Notes under the pieces: model-generated | Told to the model about the DNA's origin: nothing | Databases searched by the model: none | Seen by the model: only the letters and a program-made list of their open reading frames with translations | Part shown: positions 1 to 8,183 of the stretch, one piece after another | Layout of the letters: every line of letters starts with the position of its first letter | Position numbering within the stretch: position 1 is the stretch's first letter | Translations under genes and position numbers: made by a program | Source: Erysipelotrichaceae bacterium MTC7 | GTDB taxonomy: Bacteria > Bacillota_I > Bacilli_A > Erysipelotrichales > Erysipelotrichaceae | Assembly (NCBI GenBank): GCA_001695645.1 | Contig: LVZN01000002.1 | Location: 52,417-84,416 of the forward strand | Direction: 5' to 3' | Length of the DNA: 32,000 nucleotides

Positions 1-1
1 C

Positions 2-244
2 GAGGGGTTTCCCACCTTCTACTACAAGAAGGACATCAAGCTGAAGTACAAGGGCATCCGAACGGGAAAGCGCAGGACGGTGACGGCGTTCGCCTACATC
101 ATGCACGAGGAGCGTCCCATCGGTGTTCCGAGCAATTTCTACATGAGGACTTGCCTTGAGGGATACGACACCTTTTACTTCGACAAGAACATTCTGATCG
201 ATGCTTACGATAAATGCAGGGAGGTATGCGGCCATGAAGGATAA
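2..244 (+). CDS. 3' end of an ORF entering from upstream (hypothetical phage protein, last 80 aa)
   Basis: The frame is open from the window edge (EGFPTFYYKKDIKLKYKGIRTGKRR...DKCREVCGHEG) to stop TAA 242-244. It overlaps the next ATG (234) by 11 nt, operon style. No family recognised. Confidence 0.4.
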   Translation, partial: EGFPTFYYKKDIKLKYKGIRTGKRRTVTAFAYIMHEERPIGVPSNFYMRTCLEGYDTFYFDKNILIDAYDKCREVCGHEG

Positions 245-434
245 TGTGATAAGGATGGCGGTCTGCCCGCTGTGCGGAAAGAACTACCACGGCGCTCCGG
301 CCCTTTCGAGAACGGATAACAAAACGCTCATCTGCCCGGACTGCGGAACAAGACAGGCGCTCCAGTCCATCGGCGTGGATGCCGAGGAGCAGGAACAGAT
401 CATCGAGACGATCCACCGTCACACGCAGGAGTAA
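234..434 (+). CDS. small Cys4 zinc-ribbon protein (66 aa), function unknown
   Basis: ATG 234 lies 8 nt after AGGGAGG. Two CxxC pairs are present (CPLCG ... CPDCG). This is the inner start of track ORF 201..434. Confidence 0.6.
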   Translation: MKDNVIRMAVCPLCGKNYHGAPALSRTDNKTLICPDCGTRQALQSIGVDAEEQEQIIETIHRHTQE

Positions 435-437
435 TAT

Positions 438-535
438 ACACAATTCCTGCGGTGGATATTTGTGTAGATTATGCCTTGGAAATCTACAGAAATAGCTTGC
501 TATTATCGTCGTTCAGAGTGATATATGTACATACC
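438..535 (+). promoter_or_regulatory. two-box promoter/operator cassette, copy A
   Basis: The -35 TTGCTA is at 497-502, followed by a 17-nt spacer and -10 GATATA at 520-525. The conserved block GTTCAGAGTGATATATGTACATACC spans 511-535 and contains the perfect palindrome TATGTACATA (524-533). The upstream box GGATATTTGTGTAGATTAT is at 454-472. An inverted repeat TGTAGATT/AATCTACA lies at 463-488. The cassette is near-identical to copies at 1047, 19031 and 22209. Confidence 0.7.
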
Positions 536-558
536 AAAACGAACGGAGGATAACCACC

Positions 559-1035
559 ATGATGAACACGAACAACAGCTATTTTGAAGAGATGAAGCGC
601 ATCGGCTACGCATGGGAAGAGGCACAGGTCGAACGGAAGAACCGCAAGCAGCAGATCATCGACACCCTCGGCTGGGACAGCGAGGAACTGAAAGCCTGGT
701 ACGAAGAGGACAAGGCTGCGGTTTTCCCCTTCCCACAGGGTGCAAGCAAAGCCTACCGCGCATGGGCAGGCAGCATCAGCCGCAAGGAGGACGAGGTCGA
801 GATGGACGATTTCCTTTGGGAAAAGGAAGTACACGACTTCATCGACACGCTCCGCAGGGCGGGCATTCAGACCTTTGTTTACACCAACCAGTCCACAGCG
901 GTGATGGAGAACCTCCACGCCTTTGCCGCAGAAGGTTGCACGATGGACGGGCTTTGCACCATCACTCGGCACGAAGACCGCTGGGGCGATGAGGAGCCGA
1001 CCGAGGTCATGGGCATCCGGTTCAGCGTGAACTGA
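559..1035 (+). CDS. hypothetical accessory protein (158 aa) with its own promoter
   Basis: ATG 559 lies 9 nt after ACGGAGG and follows cassette A. The antisense ORF 484..1050 is judged an artefact. No family recognised. Confidence 0.7.
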   Translation: MMNTNNSYFEEMKRIGYAWEEAQVERKNRKQQIIDTLGWDSEELKAWYEEDKAAVFPFPQGASKAYRAWAGSISRKEDEVEMDDFLWEKEVHDFIDTLRRAGIQTFVYTNQSTAVMENLHAFAAEGCTMDGLCTITRHEDRWGDEEPTEVMGIRFSVN

Positions 1036-1046
1036 GGGTGTAAACC

Positions 1047-1144
1047 ACACAATTTCCCCTTCGGATATTTGTGTAGATTATAGATCGGATTTTTACAGAA
1101 ATGACTTGCTATTATTGCCGTTCAGAGTGATATATGTACATACC
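1047..1144 (+). promoter_or_regulatory. two-box promoter/operator cassette, copy B
   Basis: The upstream box GGATATTTGTGTAGATTAT is at 1063-1081. The -35 TTGCTA is at 1106-1111, followed by a 17-nt spacer and -10 GATATA at 1129-1134. The block GTTCAGAGTGATATATGTACATACC spans 1120-1144. Confidence 0.7.
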
Positions 1145-1179
1145 GAAAGGGAAAACAAAGCAAACGGAGGACAAAGACC

Positions 1180-1458
1180 ATGACAATTAACGATGCAATG
1201 AGAACCTACAGACTGCCGAACCCCACCACGCCAGAGGACTTGGAATGCCGCTGGAGCAAGGTGCTGAACTTTGGAGACAAGGTGCTTCTTGCTGGGTATT
1301 ACTACAACGGGCAGAACAAGCCTTCCTACTTCGGAGCGGTTTACGAGTACCTTGAGGACGGCAGGCACGACTGCGAAAGCACCATCGGGCTTTATGCGGC
1401 AAGCGAGGTCGAGTTCGAGGATGATGGCCACGCGATTGCCTGGGCGATGCAGCAGTAA
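1180..1458 (+). CDS. hypothetical accessory protein (92 aa) with its own promoter
   Basis: ATG 1180 lies after ACGGAGG, downstream of cassette B. It is followed by a GGAA-tetraloop hairpin (1483-1507) and a terminator at 1530-1555. Confidence 0.65.
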   Translation: MTINDAMRTYRLPNPTTPEDLECRWSKVLNFGDKVLLAGYYYNGQNKPSYFGAVYEYLEDGRHDCESTIGLYAASEVEFEDDGHAIAWAMQQ

Positions 1459-1529
1459 GATACAGAAAAACGAATAACCAAAGGGACGAGCCGGAAGGCT
1501 CTGTCTCTCGTACAGATAGATTTATGGAC

Positions 1530-1555
1530 GGCTTGCCATTGGCAGGTCATTTTTT
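1530..1555 (+). terminator. rho-independent terminator-like hairpin just upstream of terL
   Basis: Stem GGCTTGCC / GGCAGGTC (8 bp including G-U pairs), loop ATT, then A plus TTTTTT (1550-1555). Confidence 0.55.
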
Positions 1556-1569
1556 ATGCCATTCGGGAG

Positions 1570-3180
1570 GTGAGCATTACGAGAAAACTGAAGAAATACA
1601 AACCGACACAGCTTATGGCGAAGACCTCCCGCTATGACAAGGAGGCTGCGGATTATGCCGTCATGTTCATCGAGTCGCTCTGCCACACCAAAGGCACATG
1701 GGCGGGAAAGCCCTTTGAACTGATCGACTGGCAGGAGCAGATCATCCGTGACCTTTTTGGTATCTTGAAGCCCAATGGTTACCGCCAGTTCAACACGGCA
1801 TACATCGAGATACCGAAGAAACAGGGCAAGAGCGAGCTTGCGGCGGCGGTGGCACTCCTTCTCCTCTGCGGAGACGGCGAAGAACGCGCCGAGGTGTACG
1901 GCTGTGCCGCCGACAGGAACCAGGCAAAGATCGTCTTTGATGTGGCTGTGGATATGGTGCGGTTCTGCCCGGCACTTGCCAAGCGCGTGAAGATACTGGA
2001 GTCGCAGAAAAAGATAACCTATCTGCCAACCAACAGTTCCTACCAGGTGCTGTCGGCTGATGTGGCAAACAAGCACGGTTTCAATACCCACGGCGTTATT
2101 TTTGATGAGCTGCACACGCAGCCGAACAGAAAGCTGTTTGATGTCATGCTACAGGGCTCCGGCGATGCAAGGATGCAGCCGCTTTACTTTCTGATCACCA
2201 CAGCCGGGAATGATACGAATTCCATCTGCTATGAGGTGCATCAGAAAGCCTTGGACATCCAAGCAGGACGGAAGGTCGATCCGACTTTCTATTCCGTTAT
2301 CTACGGTGCGGCGGAGGATGAGGACTGGACGGACCCGGAGGTCTGGAAGAAAGCAAATCCCTCTCTCGGCATCACGGTCGGTATCGACAAGGTGAAAGCG
2401 GCGTGTGATTCCGCACAGCAGAATCCTGGCGAGGAGAACGCATTCCGGCAGTTAAGACTCAATCAATGGGTGAAACAGTCGGTCAGATGGATGCCGATGG
2501 ACAAGTGGGATGCCTGTGCGTTCCCTGTTTCCGAGGATGATCTGGAGGGTCGTGTCTGTTACGGCGGTCTTGACCTCTCGTCCACAACGGATATTACGGC
2601 GTTCGTTCTGGTGTTCCCGCCGCAGGATGAGGAGGATAAATACAGCATCCTTCCGTTCTTCTGGATACCGGAGGAGACCGTTGACCTTCGTGTAAAGCGA
2701 GACCATGTTCCCTATGATCTGTGGGAGCGGCAGGGACTTCTGATGACCACGGAGGGCAATGTTGTTCACTACGGATATATTGAAAAATTTATCGAGCGGC
2801 TGGGAGAGCGGTTCAACATCCGCGAGATCGCATTTGACCGCTGGGGAGCGGTGCAGATGGTGCAGAACCTTGAGGGCATGGGATTTACGGTCGTTCCGTT
2901 CGGACAGGGATTTAAGGATATGTCCCCGCCGACCAAGGAACTGATGAAGCTGACTTTGGAGGAGAAGATCGCACACGGCGGGCATCCCGTCCTGCGGTGG
3001 ATGATGGACAACATCTTCATCCGTACCGATCCAGCCGGAAACATCAAGGCAGACAAGGAAAAATCGACAGAAAAGATCGATGGCGCGATTGCGACCATCA
3101 TGGCACTCGACCGGGCGATCCGGTGCGGCAATGAATCTCACGAGAGCGTGTATGACTCCCGTGGGATTTTGTTTATATGA
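1570..3180 (+). CDS. phage terminase large subunit (Terminase_1 / HK97-like TerL)
   Basis: The N-terminal region is typical of TerL (YDKEAADYAVMFIESLCHTKGTWAGKPFELIDWQEQIIRDLFG). A Walker-A-like KKQGKSEL and a nuclease-type C-terminal half are present. The start is uncertain: GTG 1570 abuts the GGGAGG, and the alternative ATG 1615 has no SD. Confidence 0.9.
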   Translation: MSITRKLKKYKPTQLMAKTSRYDKEAADYAVMFIESLCHTKGTWAGKPFELIDWQEQIIRDLFGILKPNGYRQFNTAYIEIPKKQGKSELAAAVALLLLCGDGEERAEVYGCAADRNQAKIVFDVAVDMVRFCPALAKRVKILESQKKITYLPTNSSYQVLSADVANKHGFNTHGVIFDELHTQPNRKLFDVMLQGSGDARMQPLYFLITTAGNDTNSICYEVHQKALDIQAGRKVDPTFYSVIYGAAEDEDWTDPEVWKKANPSLGITVGIDKVKAACDSAQQNPGEENAFRQLRLNQWVKQSVRWMPMDKWDACAFPVSEDDLEGRVCYGGLDLSSTTDITAFVLVFPPQDEEDKYSILPFFWIPEETVDLRVKRDHVPYDLWERQGLLMTTEGNVVHYGYIEKFIERLGERFNIREIAFDRWGAVQMVQNLEGMGFTVVPFGQGFKDMSPPTKELMKLTLEEKIAHGGHPVLRWMMDNIFIRTDPAGNIKADKEKSTEKIDGAIATIMALDRAIRCGNESHESVYDSRGILFI

Positions 3181-3199
3181 GGAAGGAGCGTGATGAGAT

Positions 3200-4534
3200 A
3201 TGGGAATATTCAGCGGTTTATTTCGGTCAAGGGATAAGCCCACCGACAGCACGGTCGGTTCGAGATACGCCTTTTACATGGGCGGCAGCTCGTCCGGCAA
3301 GGTGGTGACGGAGCGGAGCGCGATGCAGATGACAGCGGTGTATGCCTGTGTGCGTATCCTGTCGGAGGCAATCGCGGGACTTCCGCTCCATATGTACCGC
3401 TACAAGGATGACGGCGGCAAGGAAAAGGCGCTCGATCATCCATTATACCTTCTGCTCCATGACGAGCCGAACCCGGAGATGAGTTCATTCGTGTTCAGGG
3501 AAACACTGATGACTCATCTTTTGCTTTGGGGAAACGCCTATGCGCAGATCATCCGCAACGGCAAGGGTGAGGTCGTGGCGCTGTATCCGCTGATGCCGAA
3601 CAAGATGACCGTCAGCAGGGATGAGACAGGACAGCTTTATTACACCTATCAGAAATCCCAGGAAGAGCTGCCGAAGGACAACACCTATACGGTGACGCTC
3701 CATCCTTCCGATGTGCTGCATATCCCCGGACTCGGCTTTGACGGTCTGGTGGGATACTCGCCGATCGCGATGGCAAAGAACGCCATCGGGCTTGCGATTG
3801 CAACCGAGGAATACGGCAGCAAGTTCTTCGCAAACGGCGCGGCGCCGAGCGGTGTGCTGGAGCATCCCGGAACGATCAAGGACCCGCAGAGGGTGCGCGA
3901 GTCATGGATGAGCCAGTTTGGAGGGTCGGCAAACAGCAACAAGATCGCCGTTCTGGAGGAGGGGCTTAAGTACACGCCTATCTCCATCTCGCCGGAACAG
4001 GCGCAGTTTCTGGAAACGAGAAAGTTCCAGATCAATGAAATAGCCCGGATTTTCAGAGTGCCTCCGCACATGGTGGGAGACCTTGAGAAGTCGAGTTTTT
4101 CCAATATAGAGCAGCAGTCCCTTGAGTTTGTGAAGTACACGCTCGATCCCTGGGTGGTCAGATGGGAACAGTCCATACAGCGGACGCTCCTGACGCCGGA
4201 GGAGAAGAAAACATACTTCGTGAAGTTCAACGTGGAAGGGCTGCTCCGTGGAGATTACCAGAGCCGCATGAGCGGGTATGCCACGGCAAGGCAGAACGGC
4301 TGGATGAGCGCAAACGACATCCGGGAGCTTGAGAATCTTGACCGCATCCCTGCGGAAGACGGCGGCGATCTCTACCTCGTAAACGGCAACATGCTCCCGC
4401 TTAACAGGGCGGGTGCTTTTGCAGATACAACTACTGACCAAGGGAAGGAGGAAGAAGCCAATGAGTCAGACGAAGAAGTTCTGGGCGTGGAAGAACCAGG
4501 CGGACGACGGCGGAACCGAGGCAAGGGTGCTTGA
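3200..4534 (+). CDS. phage portal protein, HK97 family
   Basis: 444 aa, placed immediately after TerL. Portal-typical segments are present (MQMTAVYACVRILSEAIAGLPLHMY, LLWGNAY, FLETRKFQINEIARIFRVPPHMVG). RBS GGAAGGAG. Confidence 0.9.
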   Translation: MGIFSGLFRSRDKPTDSTVGSRYAFYMGGSSSGKVVTERSAMQMTAVYACVRILSEAIAGLPLHMYRYKDDGGKEKALDHPLYLLLHDEPNPEMSSFVFRETLMTHLLLWGNAYAQIIRNGKGEVVALYPLMPNKMTVSRDETGQLYYTYQKSQEELPKDNTYTVTLHPSDVLHIPGLGFDGLVGYSPIAMAKNAIGLAIATEEYGSKFFANGAAPSGVLEHPGTIKDPQRVRESWMSQFGGSANSNKIAVLEEGLKYTPISISPEQAQFLETRKFQINEIARIFRVPPHMVGDLEKSSFSNIEQQSLEFVKYTLDPWVVRWEQSIQRTLLTPEEKKTYFVKFNVEGLLRGDYQSRMSGYATARQNGWMSANDIRELENLDRIPAEDGGDLYLVNGNMLPLNRAGAFADTTTDQGKEEEANESDEEVLGVEEPGGRRRNRGKGA

Positions 4535-5219
4535 ACTGTACGGCACGATCGCCGAGGAGAGCTGGTTCGATGACGATATCACGCCCGCGCAGTTCCGTGA
4601 GGAGCTGTTTGCCGGGAGCGGTCCCGTGACAGTGTGGATCAACTCGCCCGGCGGAGACTGCATTGCGGCAAGCCAGATATACACCATGCTGATGGATTAC
4701 AGGGATGACGTGACCGTCAAGATCGACGGCATCGCGGCATCTGCGGCTTCCGTCATCGCAATGGCGGGAACCGAGGTGCTGATGGCTCCCACGGCGCTGA
4801 TAATGATCCACAATCCTGCGACCATCGCTATGGGCGACCATGAAGACATGCAGAAAGCCATCGAGATGCTGGACGAGGTCAAGGAGAGCATTATCAATGC
4901 CTATGAGATCAAGACCAGTCTTTCGAGGGCGAAGCTGTCGCACCTTATGGATGCGGAAACCTGGATGAACGCAAACAAGGCTGTGGAGTTGGGCTTTGCG
5001 GACGGCATTCTTGAAGATGAGAAGGCCGCTGACATTGCCGTACCCGCCTATGCGTTTTCAAGGAAGACCGTACAGGCGGCACTGATGAACAAAATCACTG
5101 CCAAGGCAAAGCCTGTGCAAAAAGCCGATATCCCGGCAGATGCGCAGACAGACACACCGGCGGGACGCTCGGTCGATGAACTGAAAGCCCGCCTCAACAC
5201 GATCAAAAACTTTATTTAA
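4461..5219 (+). CDS. ClpP-like (S14) prohead maturation protease
   Basis: The inner ATG 4461 follows GGAAGGAGG. Motifs INSPGGD and GIAASAASVIAMAG are present. Its position between portal and capsid fits. It overlaps the portal 3' end by 74 nt. Confidence 0.88.
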   Translation: MSQTKKFWAWKNQADDGGTEARVLELYGTIAEESWFDDDITPAQFREELFAGSGPVTVWINSPGGDCIAASQIYTMLMDYRDDVTVKIDGIAASAASVIAMAGTEVLMAPTALIMIHNPATIAMGDHEDMQKAIEMLDEVKESIINAYEIKTSLSRAKLSHLMDAETWMNANKAVELGFADGILEDEKAADIAVPAYAFSRKTVQAALMNKITAKAKPVQKADIPADAQTDTPAGRSVDELKARLNTIKNFI

Positions 5220-5234
5220 CGGAGGTAAATCATC

Positions 5235-6416
5235 ATGACTATTATCGAAATGCGTGAGAAGAGAGCAAAGCTGTGGAACACGATGGAGGGTTTCCTCGAT
5301 ACCCACAGAAACGACAAGGGCGTCCTGTCCGCAGAGGATGACGCCACCTATTCCGCTATGGAACAGGATCTGAACGACCTGTCCAACGAGATCCGCCGCA
5401 TGGAGCGCAGGGACGCTATGGAAGCGGAACTGAACAAGCCTGTGGGCACTCCCATCAAGGAGACTCCCGAAAAGCCGAATGCCGAGATGCAGAAGGGTCG
5501 CGCGTCCAATGCCTATAAGGAGGACTTCGGCAGACACCTTCGCGGCAAGGCTCCCATCCACAACGTGCTTTCCGAAAGCACCGACGCGGACGGCGGCTAC
5601 CTTGTGCCGGAGGAGTTCGAGCGCGACATCGTGACCGGGCTTGACGCAGTAAACGTGGTTCGTTCCATTGCCAAGGTCATCACGACTCAGAATGACAGGA
5701 AGATCCCGATTTCCGTTGGCCATTCGGTAGCTAACTGGACTGCTGAGAATGCGGCTTTCACCGAGAGCAATCCCACCTTCGGTCAGAAGGAGATCGACGC
5801 CTACAAGCTCACCGACCTTATCCGCATCAGTGTGGAACTTCTGCAGGATGCGGCGTTTCCGCTGGAGGAGTATATTGCCAATGAGTTCGCCAGAGCGTTC
5901 GGTGCTGCCGAGGAAGAGGCGTTCTGCGTGGGCAACGGCACGGGGCGTCCTACGGGCATCTTTACCGCCAATGGCGGCGCGGTCGGCGTGACCGCTGCGG
6001 CAAACAATGCCATCACAGCGGATGAGCTTATCAACCTCGTATACGCGCTCAAGGCTCCGTATCGCAGGAACGCAAAGTTCCTCATGAACGATGCGACCAT
6101 CTCCGCCATCCGCAAGCTGAAGGACGGCAACGGCGTGTATCTGTGGCAGCCTTCCCTCCAGGCGGGAGAGCCTGACAAGCTGCTCGGCTATGACCTCTAT
6201 ACCTCTCCGTATGCGCCTACTATGGCGGCGGGTGCGTATACCGTTGCATTCGGTGATTTCCAGAACTACTGGATCGGCGACCGTGCGGGCAGAACGGTTC
6301 AGCGCCTGAACGAGCTTTATGCTACCAACGGTCAGATCGGTTATGTGGCCACTGAGCGTGTGGACGGCAAGGTCATCCTCGCCGAGGGCATCCAGCTCCT
6401 GCAGATGAAAGCGTAA
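5235..6416 (+). CDS. major capsid protein, HK97 family
   Basis: 393 aa. An N-terminal coiled-coil scaffold-like delta region is followed by DADGGYLVPEEFERDIV and an HK97-type core. RBS GGAGG. Confidence 0.9.
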   Translation: MTIIEMREKRAKLWNTMEGFLDTHRNDKGVLSAEDDATYSAMEQDLNDLSNEIRRMERRDAMEAELNKPVGTPIKETPEKPNAEMQKGRASNAYKEDFGRHLRGKAPIHNVLSESTDADGGYLVPEEFERDIVTGLDAVNVVRSIAKVITTQNDRKIPISVGHSVANWTAENAAFTESNPTFGQKEIDAYKLTDLIRISVELLQDAAFPLEEYIANEFARAFGAAEEEAFCVGNGTGRPTGIFTANGGAVGVTAAANNAITADELINLVYALKAPYRRNAKFLMNDATISAIRKLKDGNGVYLWQPSLQAGEPDKLLGYDLYTSPYAPTMAAGAYTVAFGDFQNYWIGDRAGRTVQRLNELYATNGQIGYVATERVDGKVILAEGIQLLQMKA

Positions 6417-6429
6417 GGAGGACAAGGCT

Positions 6430-6654
6430 ATGAGCGAGTATAACGCAAAGAATTATACCGAACAGGGCGGTGACATCACACACATCGGAGGAACGCTGAT
6501 CATCGAGGAAGGAGCCTCTGTGGAGGGGCTCCTTTCCACTCCTGCGGAAAACCAGGCAGACAGCGAGGCAACGACTGTGGCTGCTCTGAAAGAGGACTTC
6601 AATGGTCTGCTGGCAAAGCTGAAGACTTCCGGACTTATGGCAGCGGACGAATAA
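6430..6654 (+). CDS. small hypothetical head-module protein (74 aa)
   Basis: ATG follows AAGGAGG directly downstream of the capsid gene. No family recognised. Confidence 0.55.
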   Translation: MSEYNAKNYTEQGGDITHIGGTLIIEEGASVEGLLSTPAENQADSEATTVAALKEDFNGLLAKLKTSGLMAADE

Positions 6655-6825
6655 TAACCGGGCAACCGAGCCGTCCGTGGGAGCGATCCTGCGGGCGGCA
6701 CAATGGGGTTCCCGGCAAGCCGTAAGGCTTGTTGGGGAGAGGACGAGCAGTGAAGTGAGTGAGCTTTCGTGTTTGCACGAAAACGAACGATACGGAACTT
6801 GCGAGGACGAGAAGGGAGTGAGACT

Positions 6826-7116
6826 ATGGCAATTATCACGCTTGATGAGGCAAAGACCTATCTTCGTGTGGACTATTCCGATGAGGATGACCTTATCACG
6901 AATTTTATATCTACGGCGGAAAAGCTGGTACAGGATATGTCGCGGCTCTCGGATGATGACTGGGATGCCGCCGATGAAGATACCCTTGCCCGTGTGCGGA
7001 TAGCCATCCTTTTTACGGTCGCATATCTCTATGAGCATCGTGAGGAGGCAGACCACAGCGCGCTGAACCTGACGCTCCGCTCCCTTCTTTTCGGTATACG
7101 GGAGGAGGAATTCTGA
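6826..7116 (+). CDS. head-tail connector protein (gp6-like)
   Basis: The inner ATG 6826 follows GAAGGGAG. The N-terminus MAIITLDEAKTYLRVDYSDEDDLITNFISTAE is the classic gp6-like signature. Confidence 0.8.
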   Translation: MAIITLDEAKTYLRVDYSDEDDLITNFISTAEKLVQDMSRLSDDDWDAADEDTLARVRIAILFTVAYLYEHREEADHSALNLTLRSLLFGIREEEF

Positions 7117-7469
7117 TGAATATAGCAGCCATGCGGGTGCGCGTCACTTTCCAGAAAAATACGGCCATCGTCGACAAATACGGAAACCACAAAACCGGCT
7201 GGGCGGATTATTTCTCCTGCTGGGCGACCGCAGGCTCCAACAATGCGGTAAGCGGGACGGGGAGCGGCTCTGAAAGCACGGGCGTTGTTATCCGTTCCGA
7301 AGAGTCTCTTTCCTTTACCTGCAGGTGGTGTTCCGAACTTGCCGCCGTGGAATCCACGAAATACAGGATCGTCTGCGAGGGTAAGACCTATAACATCATT
7401 TATGTGAATCCGATGGGCTTCAAGCATAACAGCATCAAGTTTTCCTGCGAACTGGAGGGACAGTCATGA
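7116..7469 (+). CDS. head closure / head-tail adaptor (SPP1 gp16-like)
   Basis: TGATG overlap with the upstream gene. The size (117 aa) and position fit, and the protein has an MRVRVTFQK...NHKTGW-type beta-rich N-terminus. Confidence 0.7.
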   Translation: MNIAAMRVRVTFQKNTAIVDKYGNHKTGWADYFSCWATAGSNNAVSGTGSGSESTGVVIRSEESLSFTCRWCSELAAVESTKYRIVCEGKTYNIIYVNPMGFKHNSIKFSCELEGQS

Positions 7470-7846
7470 GCCGCCGGGTATCCGTGGACGGCATGGCGGA
7501 CGCCATCATGGAGGAACTGACGAAGTACTCCGATCTTGCCGCCGATGAACTGAAAGCCGCCGTGAAAGAGACGGCGCAGTCGGTACGCAAGGACATCCAG
7601 GCGTCCGCTCCGTCACGCACGGGGAAATATAAAAAATCGTGGTCGGTAAAGACTGTGAAGGAATCCTCGGAAACCATCGACCTGGTGGTGCATTCCAAAA
7701 ACCGCTATCAGATAGCGCACCTTCTGGAACATGGCCACGCCAAGCGAGGCGGAGGAAGGGTCGCGGCAAGACCGCATATCGCTCCCGCTGAACAGGCAGG
7801 AAACGAAAAGCTGGTAAAGACCATCGAGCAGAAGCTGAAAGGGTGA
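7466..7846 (+). CDS. HK97 gp10-family tail/neck protein
   Basis: ATGA overlap with the upstream gene. The motif SAPSRTGKYKKSWSVK ... AHLLEHGH is typical of the HK97 gp10 family. Confidence 0.8.
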   Translation: MSRRVSVDGMADAIMEELTKYSDLAADELKAAVKETAQSVRKDIQASAPSRTGKYKKSWSVKTVKESSETIDLVVHSKNRYQIAHLLEHGHAKRGGGRVAARPHIAPAEQAGNEKLVKTIEQKLKG

Positions 7847-8181
7847 TGCCTATGACACACGAAGAAATCGTAACCATGCTGGAGGAGGCAAACCTTCCTC
7901 TTGCGTATGACCATTTTGCGGAGGGCGAAAGTCCCGATCCGCCTTTTTTAATCTTCCTATTTCCGGGGACGGACAATATGTTCGCCGACAACAAGGTGTG
8001 GCAGAAGATCAACCAGCTGAACATCGAACTGTACACGGACGAAAAGTCGCCGGAAACGGAAGAAACAATCGAGGACATCCTGGACTCCTACGAGATCCCT
8101 TATGAGAAGTCGGAGTACTGGATCGAATCGGAAAAGATGTATGAAGTGCTTTATCAAACAGAAATTTTAGGAGGTAACTGA
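7846..8181 (+). CDS. hypothetical neck/tail-terminator-position protein
   Basis: TGATG overlap with the upstream gene. The call rests on its position between the gp10-like gene and the major tail gene. No family recognised. Confidence 0.5.
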   Translation: MPMTHEEIVTMLEEANLPLAYDHFAEGESPDPPFLIFLFPGTDNMFADNKVWQKINQLNIELYTDEKSPETEETIEDILDSYEIPYEKSEYWIESEKMYEVLYQTEILGGN

Positions 8182-8183
8182 CT

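Noticed and set aside
1456-1572. ORF 1180..1458 and terL are in the same frame, separated by one TAA and 37 sense codons. This was considered as possible stop-codon read-through or a fused gene.
   Set aside because: The intervening sequence contains two stable hairpins, including a T-tailed terminator, and translates to nothing TerL-like. An open stretch of 37 codons is unremarkable in GC-rich DNA.
4461-4534. The 74-nt overlap between portal and protease genes, considered as a possible recoding site.
   Set aside because: The protease has its own strong SD and ATG, and the portal C-terminal tail is low-complexity. Such an overlap is compatible with ordinary coupled translation.
5058-6425. Long minus-strand ORFs in the GC-rich part. 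Examples are 455 aa antisense to the capsid gene, 2452..3252, 3685..4230, 10003..10764, 11676..12389, 14279..15226, 15753..16463, 22996..23682 and 24633..25790.
   Set aside because: Each lies fully antisense to a + strand gene with a clear family signature, an SD site and operon-style junctions. Their translations are low-complexity, Arg/Pro/His-rich, and show no recognisable motifs. This is the typical shadow-ORF pattern of GC-rich DNA.
6655-6825. A tRNA or other known RNA gene in the head-operon gap.
   Set aside because: I could not fold a cloverleaf with a T-loop GTTCRANNC-type motif or an anticodon arm. No riboswitch consensus that I know matches. The region is retained only as an unexplained structured element.
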